From contig JANNVX010000088.1 in assembly GCA_031414595.1 (NCBI GenBank), positions 224,001-288,000 of the forward strand: 64,000 nt of DNA. Direction: 5' to 3'. Below, piece after piece: positions 40,497 to 48,734 of this stretch (position 1 is the first letter of the stretch; every line of letters starts with the position of its first letter). The position numbers and the translations under genes were made by a program. The stretch is from Deinococcales bacterium. Lineage in GTDB: Bacteria > Deinococcota > Deinococci > Deinococcales > JAAFIG01. The notes under the pieces were generated by a model. It saw only the letters and a program-made list of their open reading frames with translations, was not told the DNA's origin and searched no databases.

Positions 40497-41286
40497 TACT
40501 GCCATTGCCACAACCGAAATCAAAAAGAATTTGGAACTTCACTTAGAAAAGCACGAATGGGAAGCGGCTTTGGGTAAACTCAGGGCGCTTGAATTAGTTG
40601 GGCAGTCGGATGCCGAACTCGAGCGGGCGCTGCTGTTCATGACTGATTTTCTGGAGGCGCTTCGCGCCAAGAATTACGCAGGGGCAACCAAAACATCGCG
40701 GGAAGGCTGGCAGCGCCTTGGCGTTGATGCAGCAGGTGTTGATGTTGCACTCGAGGCGTTACTGGAAGCCGAAGCCAATTGGCGAAATGGAGCAAATAAA
40801 GTCAAAGTTTCTTTGCAAAAAGCTGCACTGCACCCGATGACCAAAGCTGAAGCCGAGAACCAAATGGGGGTACTAGAAGCAGTTCTCGAGAACCAAGATG
40901 CAGCCCGCACCCATTTTCAAGCAGCTTTGGCAGCCGACCCTAGGCATTACCGCGCCATGACCAACCTTGGCAATCTCGAGCTAGAGGCTGGGCATTTACA
41001 AGAAGCCGAAAGTCGTTACCGTGAAGTGATTCGCTTAAATCCGGATTACAGTGTGGTCTATAATAATCTGGCGGCAGTGATGCGTAAACAAGGCAAACGA
41101 AGCGAGAGCGTGGCGTTTCTTAAAAAATCTAATCAGCTTTCGGTGCGTGAAATTCGAGGCGACACCAAAGGAACGGCTGTGGGACGAGTACGAAACCCGT
41201 TAGCCGACATATTGGCAAAACCCAATACCAAATGGTTTATTGCGGCGGCGTTTCTGATTTTAGCTTTTTTAATTTATCGGCGTTAA
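40486..41286 (+). CDS. TPR protein with C-terminal membrane anchor
   Basis: TPR motifs (AMTNLGNL, VYNNLA), C-terminal TM. Confidence 0.85.
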   Translation: MMIDTAIATTEIKKNLELHLEKHEWEAALGKLRALELVGQSDAELERALLFMTDFLEALRAKNYAGATKTSREGWQRLGVDAAGVDVALEALLEAEANWRNGANKVKVSLQKAALHPMTKAEAENQMGVLEAVLENQDAARTHFQAALAADPRHYRAMTNLGNLELEAGHLQEAESRYREVIRLNPDYSVVYNNLAAVMRKQGKRSESVAFLKKSNQLSVREIRGDTKGTAVGRVRNPLADILAKPNTKWFIAAAFLILAFLIYRR

Positions 41287-41329
41287 AACCCAAGAAGCGT
41301 ATTCTTTCGACCTTTGGTCCAAATAATCA

Positions 41330-41366
41330 TTATCACCAAAGCATAAACTTTATGCCTTGGTGATAA
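41330..41366. terminator. hairpin between convergent genes
   Basis: ttatcaccaaagcataaa-c-tttatgccttggtgataa. Confidence 0.75.
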
Positions 41367-41374
41367 CCGGGGAT

Positions 41375-42088
41375 TTACTTATCGGTCAATAAAACAACAC
41401 CCATCCCATTGACATCAGGATTGACAATCATTGCCGTGTAGACGACGCTAGAACTTAAATTAAGTGTTCCAGAATCCACAACCGTATTGCCCGAGACGGT
41501 GGCACGAATACGCCATGCACCTGCCTCAACCTCGGCATAATCAGATTTATCTTTGTAATTTAAGGTTGGCGGCAAGGCAAGTAATTGTCCATTTGGTAAG
41601 GTTACATGTAAACCAATCGCTTTGGCAGATGGCAAATTGGCAGCATGTAAGACACGAATCTTGGCTTTATTGGCGGCTGGTGTGGTCGTATCGCTGTTTA
41701 AGGTAAGCATTGCCAGTGGTCGTGGGTCTGTGCCGTTGTCATCGGAAAGTGTGGCTGTCCCAACTAAAAAAACAGATTTTAGATCGTTACTCGCCAGATT
41801 GATGGTTTGATTACTGACAACATCTGGACAAGTTTGTAGGAGGGCTGGGCATAGACTGACGGTTAAATTTCCCGGTTTATTGCTGCGGTAAGTGCTAACA
41901 GATGGGAATGCGTTCTTATGATCTATCGGGGTGACACCATTGATTCTTTCGCCCGAGAAAAATATATTCATTCCCAAAGAGTCATGGGCAGCATTGACAA
42001 ATTTAACTGCTCCATCGGGTGGTGGTGTGGGGTTACAGCCAGCTAAAATTAGGCTCGAGAGTAAAAGACCAGTAATTATTTTTTTCAT
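41375..42088 (-). CDS. DUF4397 family lipoprotein
   Basis: Lipobox LAGC; VKFVNAA and AKIRVLHAA repeats. Confidence 0.8.
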   Translation of the reverse strand: MKKIITGLLLSSLILAGCNPTPPPDGAVKFVNAAHDSLGMNIFFSGERINGVTPIDHKNAFPSVSTYRSNKPGNLTVSLCPALLQTCPDVVSNQTINLASNDLKSVFLVGTATLSDDNGTDPRPLAMLTLNSDTTTPAANKAKIRVLHAANLPSAKAIGLHVTLPNGQLLALPPTLNYKDKSDYAEVEAGAWRIRATVSGNTVVDSGTLNLSSSVVYTAMIVNPDVNGMGVVLLTDK

Positions 42089-42215
42089 AGCGCTCCTTGA
42101 AGACTGCTTCACCTGACTATTGGTGATGTTCAGATAGGACAGGTATACACGGGGAATGCGTGTGAATACTGTGAATCAAAAACGTTAGGTAAGATTTGTT
42201 TCATTTGAATAACCA

Positions 42216-42251
42216 TTTCACGAATCGGATTTAATCGTGAATATAATCACA
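42216..42251. promoter_or_regulatory. 36-bp conserved intergenic element, copy 2 (CGTGA-N6-TCACA)
   Basis: tttcacgaatcggatttaatcgtgaatataatcaca. Confidence 0.6.
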
Positions 42252-42313
42252 TGTAACTGAACTATACCCATCAGTCATTTCAACACCCAAAAGCTAGGTT
42301 TTTGTAACACGAC

Positions 42314-42349
42314 CAAAAAGTAAAACGCCGCAAGGCGTTTTACTTTTTG
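42314..42349 (-). terminator. intrinsic terminator of the ferritin-like gene
   Basis: caaaaagtaaaacgcc-gcaa-ggcgttttactttttg. Confidence 0.9.
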
Positions 42350-42362
42350 TGTACCTCGAGAC

Positions 42363-43247
42363 CTACTTAATTTTACCGTTTAAGCCATTTGGAAAGAAGC
42401 CGCCTTTGCCATTTCCACCAAGGTAAACAATGTTTAAGACTTGTTCCGTTGTTCGGCTAAAAGCAATGCTGTTATCATCGGTTGGGACAAGATTGGCTTT
42501 GCTTTTTTTGGTGATGCCTTGATCAATCACAGTTGCGCCATCTACTGAATCGCGTAAAAATGAAATCGCTTCGACAACTTGTTCTACTGTATAACCAACA
42601 GCAACTTTGGTATTGCGTTGTTGGTACAAAAGCGTGCGGATGATACCAGCGTGATAGGCTTCAACTGCCAGAATACCTGCGGCAGCCTCGAGATAAGCTG
42701 GGTTGGTAATGAGGGCAGCTGCACCTTTATAGGCAGTCACACCAACATCTTCAAAGATAAACGCGCCATGTAAGAAAAAGAGTTCGTTGGCATATGGACT
42801 AAAGCCCTTAATCCCGTTTTTACTGGCGGCGGTTGCCGCAGCAGCAAAAGCTGGTCCGATGTCTATGGTTGGGCGAGCCACAGCTTTATCGCCGAGGGCT
42901 TTGCGTAAAAATATGACATGATTTTCTTCGTCGGTAGCAATTTCTTCGGCATAATCGCGGGCAGCCCGACCTGCGGTGGTATTCGAGAATTTTACTTTTT
43001 GTCCGCCAATCACAGCCCCCGGTACAACTCCGCCGCCAGAAACTTCATAGCTTGGTCTGCGTCCTACGGCGGCGAGATAAAACTCGGCTTCGAGGTACTC
43101 GAGATTGAGCGCAAAATTTAAGACATCAACATCAATGTCTGGTTTCATATTTTGTGCAAATCCAAGGTTTGGGGTAGCCACTGCGCCAGCCCCGAGTAGA
43201 GCAGCACCCATTAAAACTTGACGACGGTTCAACGATTTTAAGTTCAT
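42363..43247 (-). CDS. Tat-exported ferritin-like protein (Ferritin_2, desiccation-related PCC13-62 type)
   Basis: NRRQVL twin-Arg signal; LNFALNLEYLEAEFY, DEENHV, FEDVGVTAYKG, LAVEAYHAG. Confidence 0.9.
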   Translation of the reverse strand: MNLKSLNRRQVLMGAALLGAGAVATPNLGFAQNMKPDIDVDVLNFALNLEYLEAEFYLAAVGRRPSYEVSGGGVVPGAVIGGQKVKFSNTTAGRAARDYAEEIATDEENHVIFLRKALGDKAVARPTIDIGPAFAAAATAASKNGIKGFSPYANELFFLHGAFIFEDVGVTAYKGAAALITNPAYLEAAAGILAVEAYHAGIIRTLLYQQRNTKVAVGYTVEQVVEAISFLRDSVDGATVIDQGITKKSKANLVPTDDNSIAFSRTTEQVLNIVYLGGNGKGGFFPNGLNGKIK

Positions 43248-43357
43248 ATATTCTCCGTGGTTCTGGTCTATCTTTTGGAACTTCTGCATTAGAACACGTC
43301 AAGCTAAGGGGTAATTTTGGCAGACCTGAAGTTAGATTGAGTAATTTTCAATAAATA

Positions 43358-43393
43358 ATTCACAAAAATAGTATAATCGTGAATTAAATCACA
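43358..43393. promoter_or_regulatory. 36-bp conserved intergenic element, copy 3
   Basis: attcacaaaaatagtataatcgtgaattaaatcaca. Confidence 0.6.
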
Positions 43394-43408
43394 AGATTTA
43401 ACTTTTGC

Positions 43409-44581
43409 TTATTTGGGAATCCGTAAAACAAAGACTGCCCCTGCATCATTCAAAGCCTCCAATGACCCACCATGCGCCTCAGCAATGGCTTTGGCAATTG
43501 CTAAGCCTAAGCCATGATGCGGCACGCCAGTGCGCTCCCGAGCCACATCGCCACGGTAAAAACGCTCAAACACCCTATCCGGATGGGGGAGACCAGCCCC
43601 ATTATCGGCAACCGAAATGCAAACAAAATCTGATTCGAGTTTTGCCCCAAGCACCACCCGCGTAGCCGAACTATGCTCCAAAGCATTCTCGAGTAAATTG
43701 CGTATCACCCGCTCTAATTGTAATGGGTCAAACGAAGCCGAAATCTCTGGCATCGGCGCAAGAATCAGGGTCGTGCCAGCTTCCAAAGCCCGAGTTTCTA
43801 AGGAAAGCATCATCTGCTCAAGCCAAGGTTGAATCTGTACAACCGTTTTCTCGAGTCGCAGCGTCCCCGTTTCGGCAGTTGAAAGGGTTCGTAAATCGCC
43901 AACCATCCGAGTAATCAAACTGACCTCATTTAACAAACGCTCCAGACTGGCATCATCTCGAGGGCGAATGCCATCCTGCATCGCCTCAAGTTCTGCTCGC
44001 ATGACCCCAAGCGGATTTCGCAAATCATGGGCAATATCAGACACCACTTGTTGCCGCCAAGCCTCTTGCCGCTCTAAATTCTCGGAGAGTTGGTTAAAAG
44101 CAATACTGACGGTTTGCAGTTCGTCTCGGGACTCTGGAACACTCACCCGTACCCCACGCTCGCCCGAAGATACGGCTTTAGCGGCTTGTTCGAGCGCAAT
44201 CAAAGGACGAATCAAACGCCGAGTGACCAAAGCGGCTGCCAAACTCGCCAGAAAAACTGCGCCAATTCCGCCCCAAAAAACTGTTCCAGTCATGTTGCGA
44301 AAGGCTTGCTGGGCTTGTTGTTGGCGCTGATTTTTACCAAAAAAATCAAATGAAAAAGGATCAACCACCTCAAAGCGCTGACCATCTATTGTGACAATTC
44401 TCGAGAAATCGGTGGCGGCTTTTTGAATCGCTCGAATGCTTAAAAACCCTGTAAAGCCCACCGCCGCCAGTGCCACAATCGCAAACCACATCGTTAAACG
44501 CCGCCGCAAGCCCGAATGTCGCCAAGAACGCATTTTTGAGCTTTTCCATTTGGCTTTTAGTTTTTGTTCATCCCACGGCAT
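43409..44581 (-). CDS. HAMP sensor histidine kinase (BaeS-like)
   Basis: Two TM, HAMP, IAHDLRNPL, NLLENA, DNGAG, GLGLAI. Confidence 0.92.
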   Translation of the reverse strand: MPWDEQKLKAKWKSSKMRSWRHSGLRRRLTMWFAIVALAAVGFTGFLSIRAIQKAATDFSRIVTIDGQRFEVVDPFSFDFFGKNQRQQQAQQAFRNMTGTVFWGGIGAVFLASLAAALVTRRLIRPLIALEQAAKAVSSGERGVRVSVPESRDELQTVSIAFNQLSENLERQEAWRQQVVSDIAHDLRNPLGVMRAELEAMQDGIRPRDDASLERLLNEVSLITRMVGDLRTLSTAETGTLRLEKTVVQIQPWLEQMMLSLETRALEAGTTLILAPMPEISASFDPLQLERVIRNLLENALEHSSATRVVLGAKLESDFVCISVADNGAGLPHPDRVFERFYRGDVARERTGVPHHGLGLAIAKAIAEAHGGSLEALNDAGAVFVLRIPK

Positions 44582-45255
44582 TAAGCCCCCCGCAAACGAT
44601 AACCCACACCACGCACCGTCTCGAGAAAATCGCCATACGCACCCAATTTTTTACGAATGTTCTTGATGTGGGCATCCACCGTTCGTTCATCGGCAAACGA
44701 ATCTAACCCGCCACTCTGCTCGAGCAGTTCAGAACGCAAACGCACCCGCGAAGGTTCTTTGGCGAGTAAGCCCAAAATCCGAACCTCCGCCGTGGTCATT
44801 GGCACATCCTCGCCAGCAATCGAAACCTGAAAAGTGACTAGATTAACCTCGATTGCTCCAACCCGAAGCGACTGTGGCAGCACCACCGCGCCCTGCACCC
44901 GCCGCAGCACCGCTTTGACTCGAGCCATGACTTCACGCGGGCTGTACGGCTTGACCACATAATCATCTGCACCTAAGCCAAGTCCCACCAGTTTATCCAC
45001 TTCATCATCCCGAGCAGTCAGCATAATAATCGGTGTACTCGATTCGGCTCTGACCCGCCGTGCGACTTCCAAGCCATCCATTTCGGGCAGCATTAAATCG
45101 AGCAGGATTAAATCAGGTGCAGCCGCCCGCCACAACTCGAGCGCCCGAGTCCCCGTCCGCGCCCGTTCGGTCTTAAAACCCTCACGGCGCAAGTATTCCT
45201 CGAGAACATCAGCAAGCCGTGTTTCATCTTCAACAATTAAAATAGTGCCAGACAT
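44581..45255 (-). CDS. OmpR-family response regulator (BaeR-like)
   Basis: IVEDE, LDLMLP, GADDYVVKP, RTVDAHIKNIRKK, TVRGVGY. Confidence 0.95.
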   Translation of the reverse strand: MSGTILIVEDETRLADVLEEYLRREGFKTERARTGTRALELWRAAAPDLILLDLMLPEMDGLEVARRVRAESSTPIIMLTARDDEVDKLVGLGLGADDYVVKPYSPREVMARVKAVLRRVQGAVVLPQSLRVGAIEVNLVTFQVSIAGEDVPMTTAEVRILGLLAKEPSRVRLRSELLEQSGGLDSFADERTVDAHIKNIRKKLGAYGDFLETVRGVGYRLRGA

Positions 45256-45269
45256 AGGTGAAAGTATAA

Positions 45270-45313
45270 GGGCAAAAGGCAAAAGGCAAAGGTTAAAAGC
45301 AAAACCTTTGCCT
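45270..45313. repeat. (GGCAAAA)n heptamer repeat hairpin
   Basis: gggcaaaaggcaaaaggcaaagg ... cctttgcct. Confidence 0.7.
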
Positions 45314-45323
45314 AAGCTGGTTT

Positions 45324-45758
45324 TTAGCTAAGCGCGTTTTTAATCATCTCAAAAGTCTCGAGACTGATTTCACCACTGGCGAGGCGTTGACGGGCAATTT
45401 TTAAGGCGGGGTCGGACTCATTGCCAATCTCGAGTTGGGTTTTTAAGTCATCAAACTGCTCTGGGGTGATTTCGGACTTGGCAAGGCGGACTCGAGCCGT
45501 ACTGAGGGCATCATCTGACGAATGTTGGGCTTGCCATTTGTTGCGCCATTCGTGCTTGCCTTGTCGCCACATGTCCTTAAATTGTTCGCGTCCGCCCCAC
45601 GCCATAGCCCTTGCGCGTCCACCGTGTTTAAGCCAACGAATCGCGGCAAAAATCAGGGCGATTAAAAAGACAAACCACAGCACCTTAAAAAAACCAGCCA
45701 AGAAAAACCAACCGGGGTCTACCATCTGCATACCACTACGAATTCCATCATTCCACAT
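45324..45758 (-). CDS. membrane protein with two SHOCT domains
   Basis: TM, then ARVRLAKSEITPEQF and ARQRLASGEISLETF; RBS AAGGAG. Confidence 0.85.
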   Translation of the reverse strand: MWNDGIRSGMQMVDPGWFFLAGFFKVLWFVFLIALIFAAIRWLKHGGRARAMAWGGREQFKDMWRQGKHEWRNKWQAQHSSDDALSTARVRLAKSEITPEQFDDLKTQLEIGNESDPALKIARQRLASGEISLETFEMIKNALS

Positions 45759-45802
45759 AAGTAATACTCCTTTCACTCGGATTGTTCTCGAGCGATGTGC
45801 AA

Positions 45803-45857
45803 AGTATGCGCTTAGGCTGTGAAGCCGACCTGCTGCCAATATGAAGTGATTATGAAT
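45803..45857 (-). promoter_or_regulatory. OmpR-type direct-repeat boxes and -10 element
   Basis: TTCATA/TTCATA/TTCACA at 11- and 22-bp phasing, 9 bp upstream of CATACT. Confidence 0.7.
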
Positions 45858-45932
45858 GGAGTTGTTTTTGCAGTGTTCCTATAGTGAGGTTAATTTTCTC
45901 GAGTTCAGCTTGGTTTTGTTTTAGATTTTGCA

Positions 45933-46415
45933 TCAATAATTCTGTATTTCCATGTCGTTCAAGTTGTAAATTTGTAATTCCACTAGACTGACCAAACTAT
46001 CTTTTTCCATATCAAGCTCAAAAAGCTGGTCACGAATCAGATATTTCTCGGCTCGAGTTTCGGGAAGCCACGCATTTGCATTGGCAAGCAGTAAAAACGA
46101 ATTCTTAATTTTTTCTAAATACGGCTGCATATCTTGTAAAATTGCCATAAGCATAACTACAGACTCTGCAGGCACACCAGTTTTTTGAATCTCGCGTTCA
46201 GTCCAGCGACACGAATCAGAACCAAGATTGTACTCCTCGAGCAACTGGATACTGGTTTTTATGGGTGGAGCAATTGGTGACTGAACAGCCTCGAATTGCG
46301 ACTTCACCTTCAATAAACGCTGTTCGTAATGCCAACGATCCGAATTTATCAGGTTTTCTTGTAATAAGGCTTCTAAAGCCACAATTTTAGTTCGTAAGCG
46401 TTCTTCCCGAATCAT
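45933..46415 (-). CDS. hypothetical protein
   Basis: 160-aa helical ORF. Confidence 0.65.
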   Translation of the reverse strand: MIREERLRTKIVALEALLQENLINSDRWHYEQRLLKVKSQFEAVQSPIAPPIKTSIQLLEEYNLGSDSCRWTEREIQKTGVPAESVVMLMAILQDMQPYLEKIKNSFLLLANANAWLPETRAEKYLIRDQLFELDMEKDSLVSLVELQIYNLNDMEIQNY

Positions 46416-46440
46416 TGATTGATTGTACTACACTGTGTTC

Positions 46441-47094
46441 ATGACCAAAAAGTATAAAGCACTCGAATTTTCACAACTCGAGCCAGAAGAAATGCTCACT
46501 CGAGCCAAAACTTTTGCAGCAGAAATGGAAAAGCGCCGCTCAGTACGGTTTTACTCGAGCCAAGCCGTACCAAAAGAACTGATTGAACTTGCCATACAGA
46601 CCGCCAGCACTGCCCCGAGTGGCGCTCACAAACAACCTTGGACTTTTGTGGCAATATCCAACCAAGCCTTAAAAGAACAAATCCGCGTGGCTGTAGAAGC
46701 CGAGGAACTCGAAACCTATTCCAAAAGAATGCCGCAGGAATGGCGTACTGCCCTCGAGCCAATCGGCACAGACCACATCAAAGAACACATTACTGATGCG
46801 CCTTGGATAGTAATTTTGTTCAAGCAAAAAACAGGTAAAAACAGTGAAAAGCATTATTATGTGACCGAATCTGCCAGTATTGCGGCTGGCTTTTTTATTG
46901 CCGCCCTGCACAATATGGGTTTAGCAACTTTGACCCATACGCCAAACCCGATGAAAATACTGGCTCAAATTCTCGAGCGTCCAAGTAATGAGGAGGCGAT
47001 GCTCCTTTTTCCGATAGGGTATCCAGCCACCGATTGCCAAGTTCCGAATTTGACCCGAAAATCACTGAGCGATGTGGCGGTTTTTCTCGAGTGA
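46441..47094 (+). CDS. nitroreductase superfamily, iodotyrosine deiodinase-like
   Basis: RRSVR, TAPSGAHKQPW, EAEELETY, YYVTES, LTHTPNPM. Confidence 0.85.
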   Translation: MTKKYKALEFSQLEPEEMLTRAKTFAAEMEKRRSVRFYSSQAVPKELIELAIQTASTAPSGAHKQPWTFVAISNQALKEQIRVAVEAEELETYSKRMPQEWRTALEPIGTDHIKEHITDAPWIVILFKQKTGKNSEKHYYVTESASIAAGFFIAALHNMGLATLTHTPNPMKILAQILERPSNEEAMLLFPIGYPATDCQVPNLTRKSLSDVAVFLE

Positions 47095-47099
47095 GGCAA

Positions 47100-48242
47100 T
47101 TACCAGAAATGCAATTTTTTATTGACACTGGCAATAATTTTATGCTGACCAACCAAAATCAGGTTACTCGAGTAAGCTGCCCCAAGGTCATACGTCTGGT
47201 TAATACCACATTTATTGTTACAGACAATTGTTTTCATGAGTTGATGATTCTGGCTTGGAATAACCAGTTCACCAGAACTCAATTGGAGGCTTGGCTCGAG
47301 AATACGTGAACCGATGCGGTGGTTTGAAAGGTCGGTAAATTTTTGTCTACCACCAAGTTTATCAGGCTCGTATTTGACTAAAATTCCACCAATATGCGGC
47401 GTGTGAACTGCATAAATATCGGTTTTTCCAACCAATGGATTTAACCAACGATTGGCTTGTCCGATGTCCGCCCCCGCCCGTAACTCGAGTTTACCAGCCT
47501 TTAAGCCGAGCATTGCCAGCGCTGCCCCACCAATTCGGCTCGAGCGCACCGTGACCAGTTGTTCTCGAGTACCGATTTGAAACGGTCGCAAGGTAATGTC
47601 TTCAAAAACATACGGGGTGGGTAGGTCATAACGCCATAAAATTTCCAGTGAATGACGTTCAAGTGCCACAACCGCCGTTGCTTCGATGTTATCGCCTAAA
47701 ATTCCGTGCTGATAACGACTGGTGTTCGCTCCGACCAGTGCCACAACTTCGCGGTCATTATCACCTTCCAAGTCGGCAAAACCAAGCTGTTGGTCGGTCA
47801 GGGCGTTTAGTTTTGCTCGAGCCGTTATTTCCCAAATTTTACCACTGTCTTCTAAGCGCACCAGATCACCTGTTTGAGTAATCGCAATAACCCCAGCCGG
47901 CAAGGGGAGTACACCAGCTTGGATTGAAAGTTTGGCGTTTTGGCTCGAGTTTAATTGCTTATTTTGGTAGACCATCAATTCACCTTGGGTGCTGATGCCG
48001 TGCAAACGCCCATGGGCGTATACAATTGGGGCGGTATTGCTCCAAAGACCACCAAGTTTGGTTTGAGTCGTGTTTTCTATTTGCAGGACTTGATTATTCT
48101 GGAGAAGCGCATAAATCCGAGTTCCATCGCTGGTCAGCCAATTGGCTTGAGCAGGTAAGCTCCTGATTTGCGTATTTGGGGCTGCGTAGGCGATGATTGT
48201 CATGACAACTAAACTGAGGCTGCTAAAAATGGTTCGGGTCAT
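47100..48242 (-). CDS. secreted beta-propeller-like protein
   Basis: Signal peptide, ADLEGD, RYQHGILGD..EA, IG..NRWL, TPHIGG. Confidence 0.75.
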   Translation of the reverse strand: MTRTIFSSLSLVVMTIIAYAAPNTQIRSLPAQANWLTSDGTRIYALLQNNQVLQIENTTQTKLGGLWSNTAPIVYAHGRLHGISTQGELMVYQNKQLNSSQNAKLSIQAGVLPLPAGVIAITQTGDLVRLEDSGKIWEITARAKLNALTDQQLGFADLEGDNDREVVALVGANTSRYQHGILGDNIEATAVVALERHSLEILWRYDLPTPYVFEDITLRPFQIGTREQLVTVRSSRIGGAALAMLGLKAGKLELRAGADIGQANRWLNPLVGKTDIYAVHTPHIGGILVKYEPDKLGGRQKFTDLSNHRIGSRILEPSLQLSSGELVIPSQNHQLMKTIVCNNKCGINQTYDLGAAYSSNLILVGQHKIIASVNKKLHFW

Positions 48243-48290
48243 GATTAAGGTACGTGTTATTTGGAATTTGGTTCAGCTAAGATACAAGTG

Positions 48291-48734
48291 ATGAATGCTC
48301 GAGGAGAAATCTATGTGCTGGTGCAGTTTGTGTTACTGTCCTTAATTTTCTTTTTGCCCGAAATGGAAACCTTGCGTTTCCAAGGTTGGGTAATCGGAAC
48401 GATACTAAAATTTCTGGGTTGGGCATTAATACTTTGGGCTGTTGTTTCTTTGGGTAGAAATTTAACGCCACTACCAAAACCAAAGTCTGATGCAAAACTC
48501 ATCACCAGTGGAGCATTTGCTTGGATGCGCCATCCGATTTACACGGGCTTAATACTCTTGACTTTTGGTTCAGCACTTGAACGAGGGCATGGACTGGCTT
48601 TACTGTTTGCGCTGTGTTTAACGGTGTTACTCGAGTTTAAGTCGCGGCGTGAAGAACAATGGTTACTCGAGCAATTTAGCCAATATGCGACGTATCAAAA
48701 ATTAGTTAAGAAATTCATACCTTTAATTTACTAA
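48291..48734 (+). CDS. ICMT/PEMT family methyltransferase
   Basis: LTPLPKP, RHPIYTG, EEQWL. Confidence 0.88.
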   Translation: MNARGEIYVLVQFVLLSLIFFLPEMETLRFQGWVIGTILKFLGWALILWAVVSLGRNLTPLPKPKSDAKLITSGAFAWMRHPIYTGLILLTFGSALERGHGLALLFALCLTVLLEFKSRREEQWLLEQFSQYATYQKLVKKFIPLIY

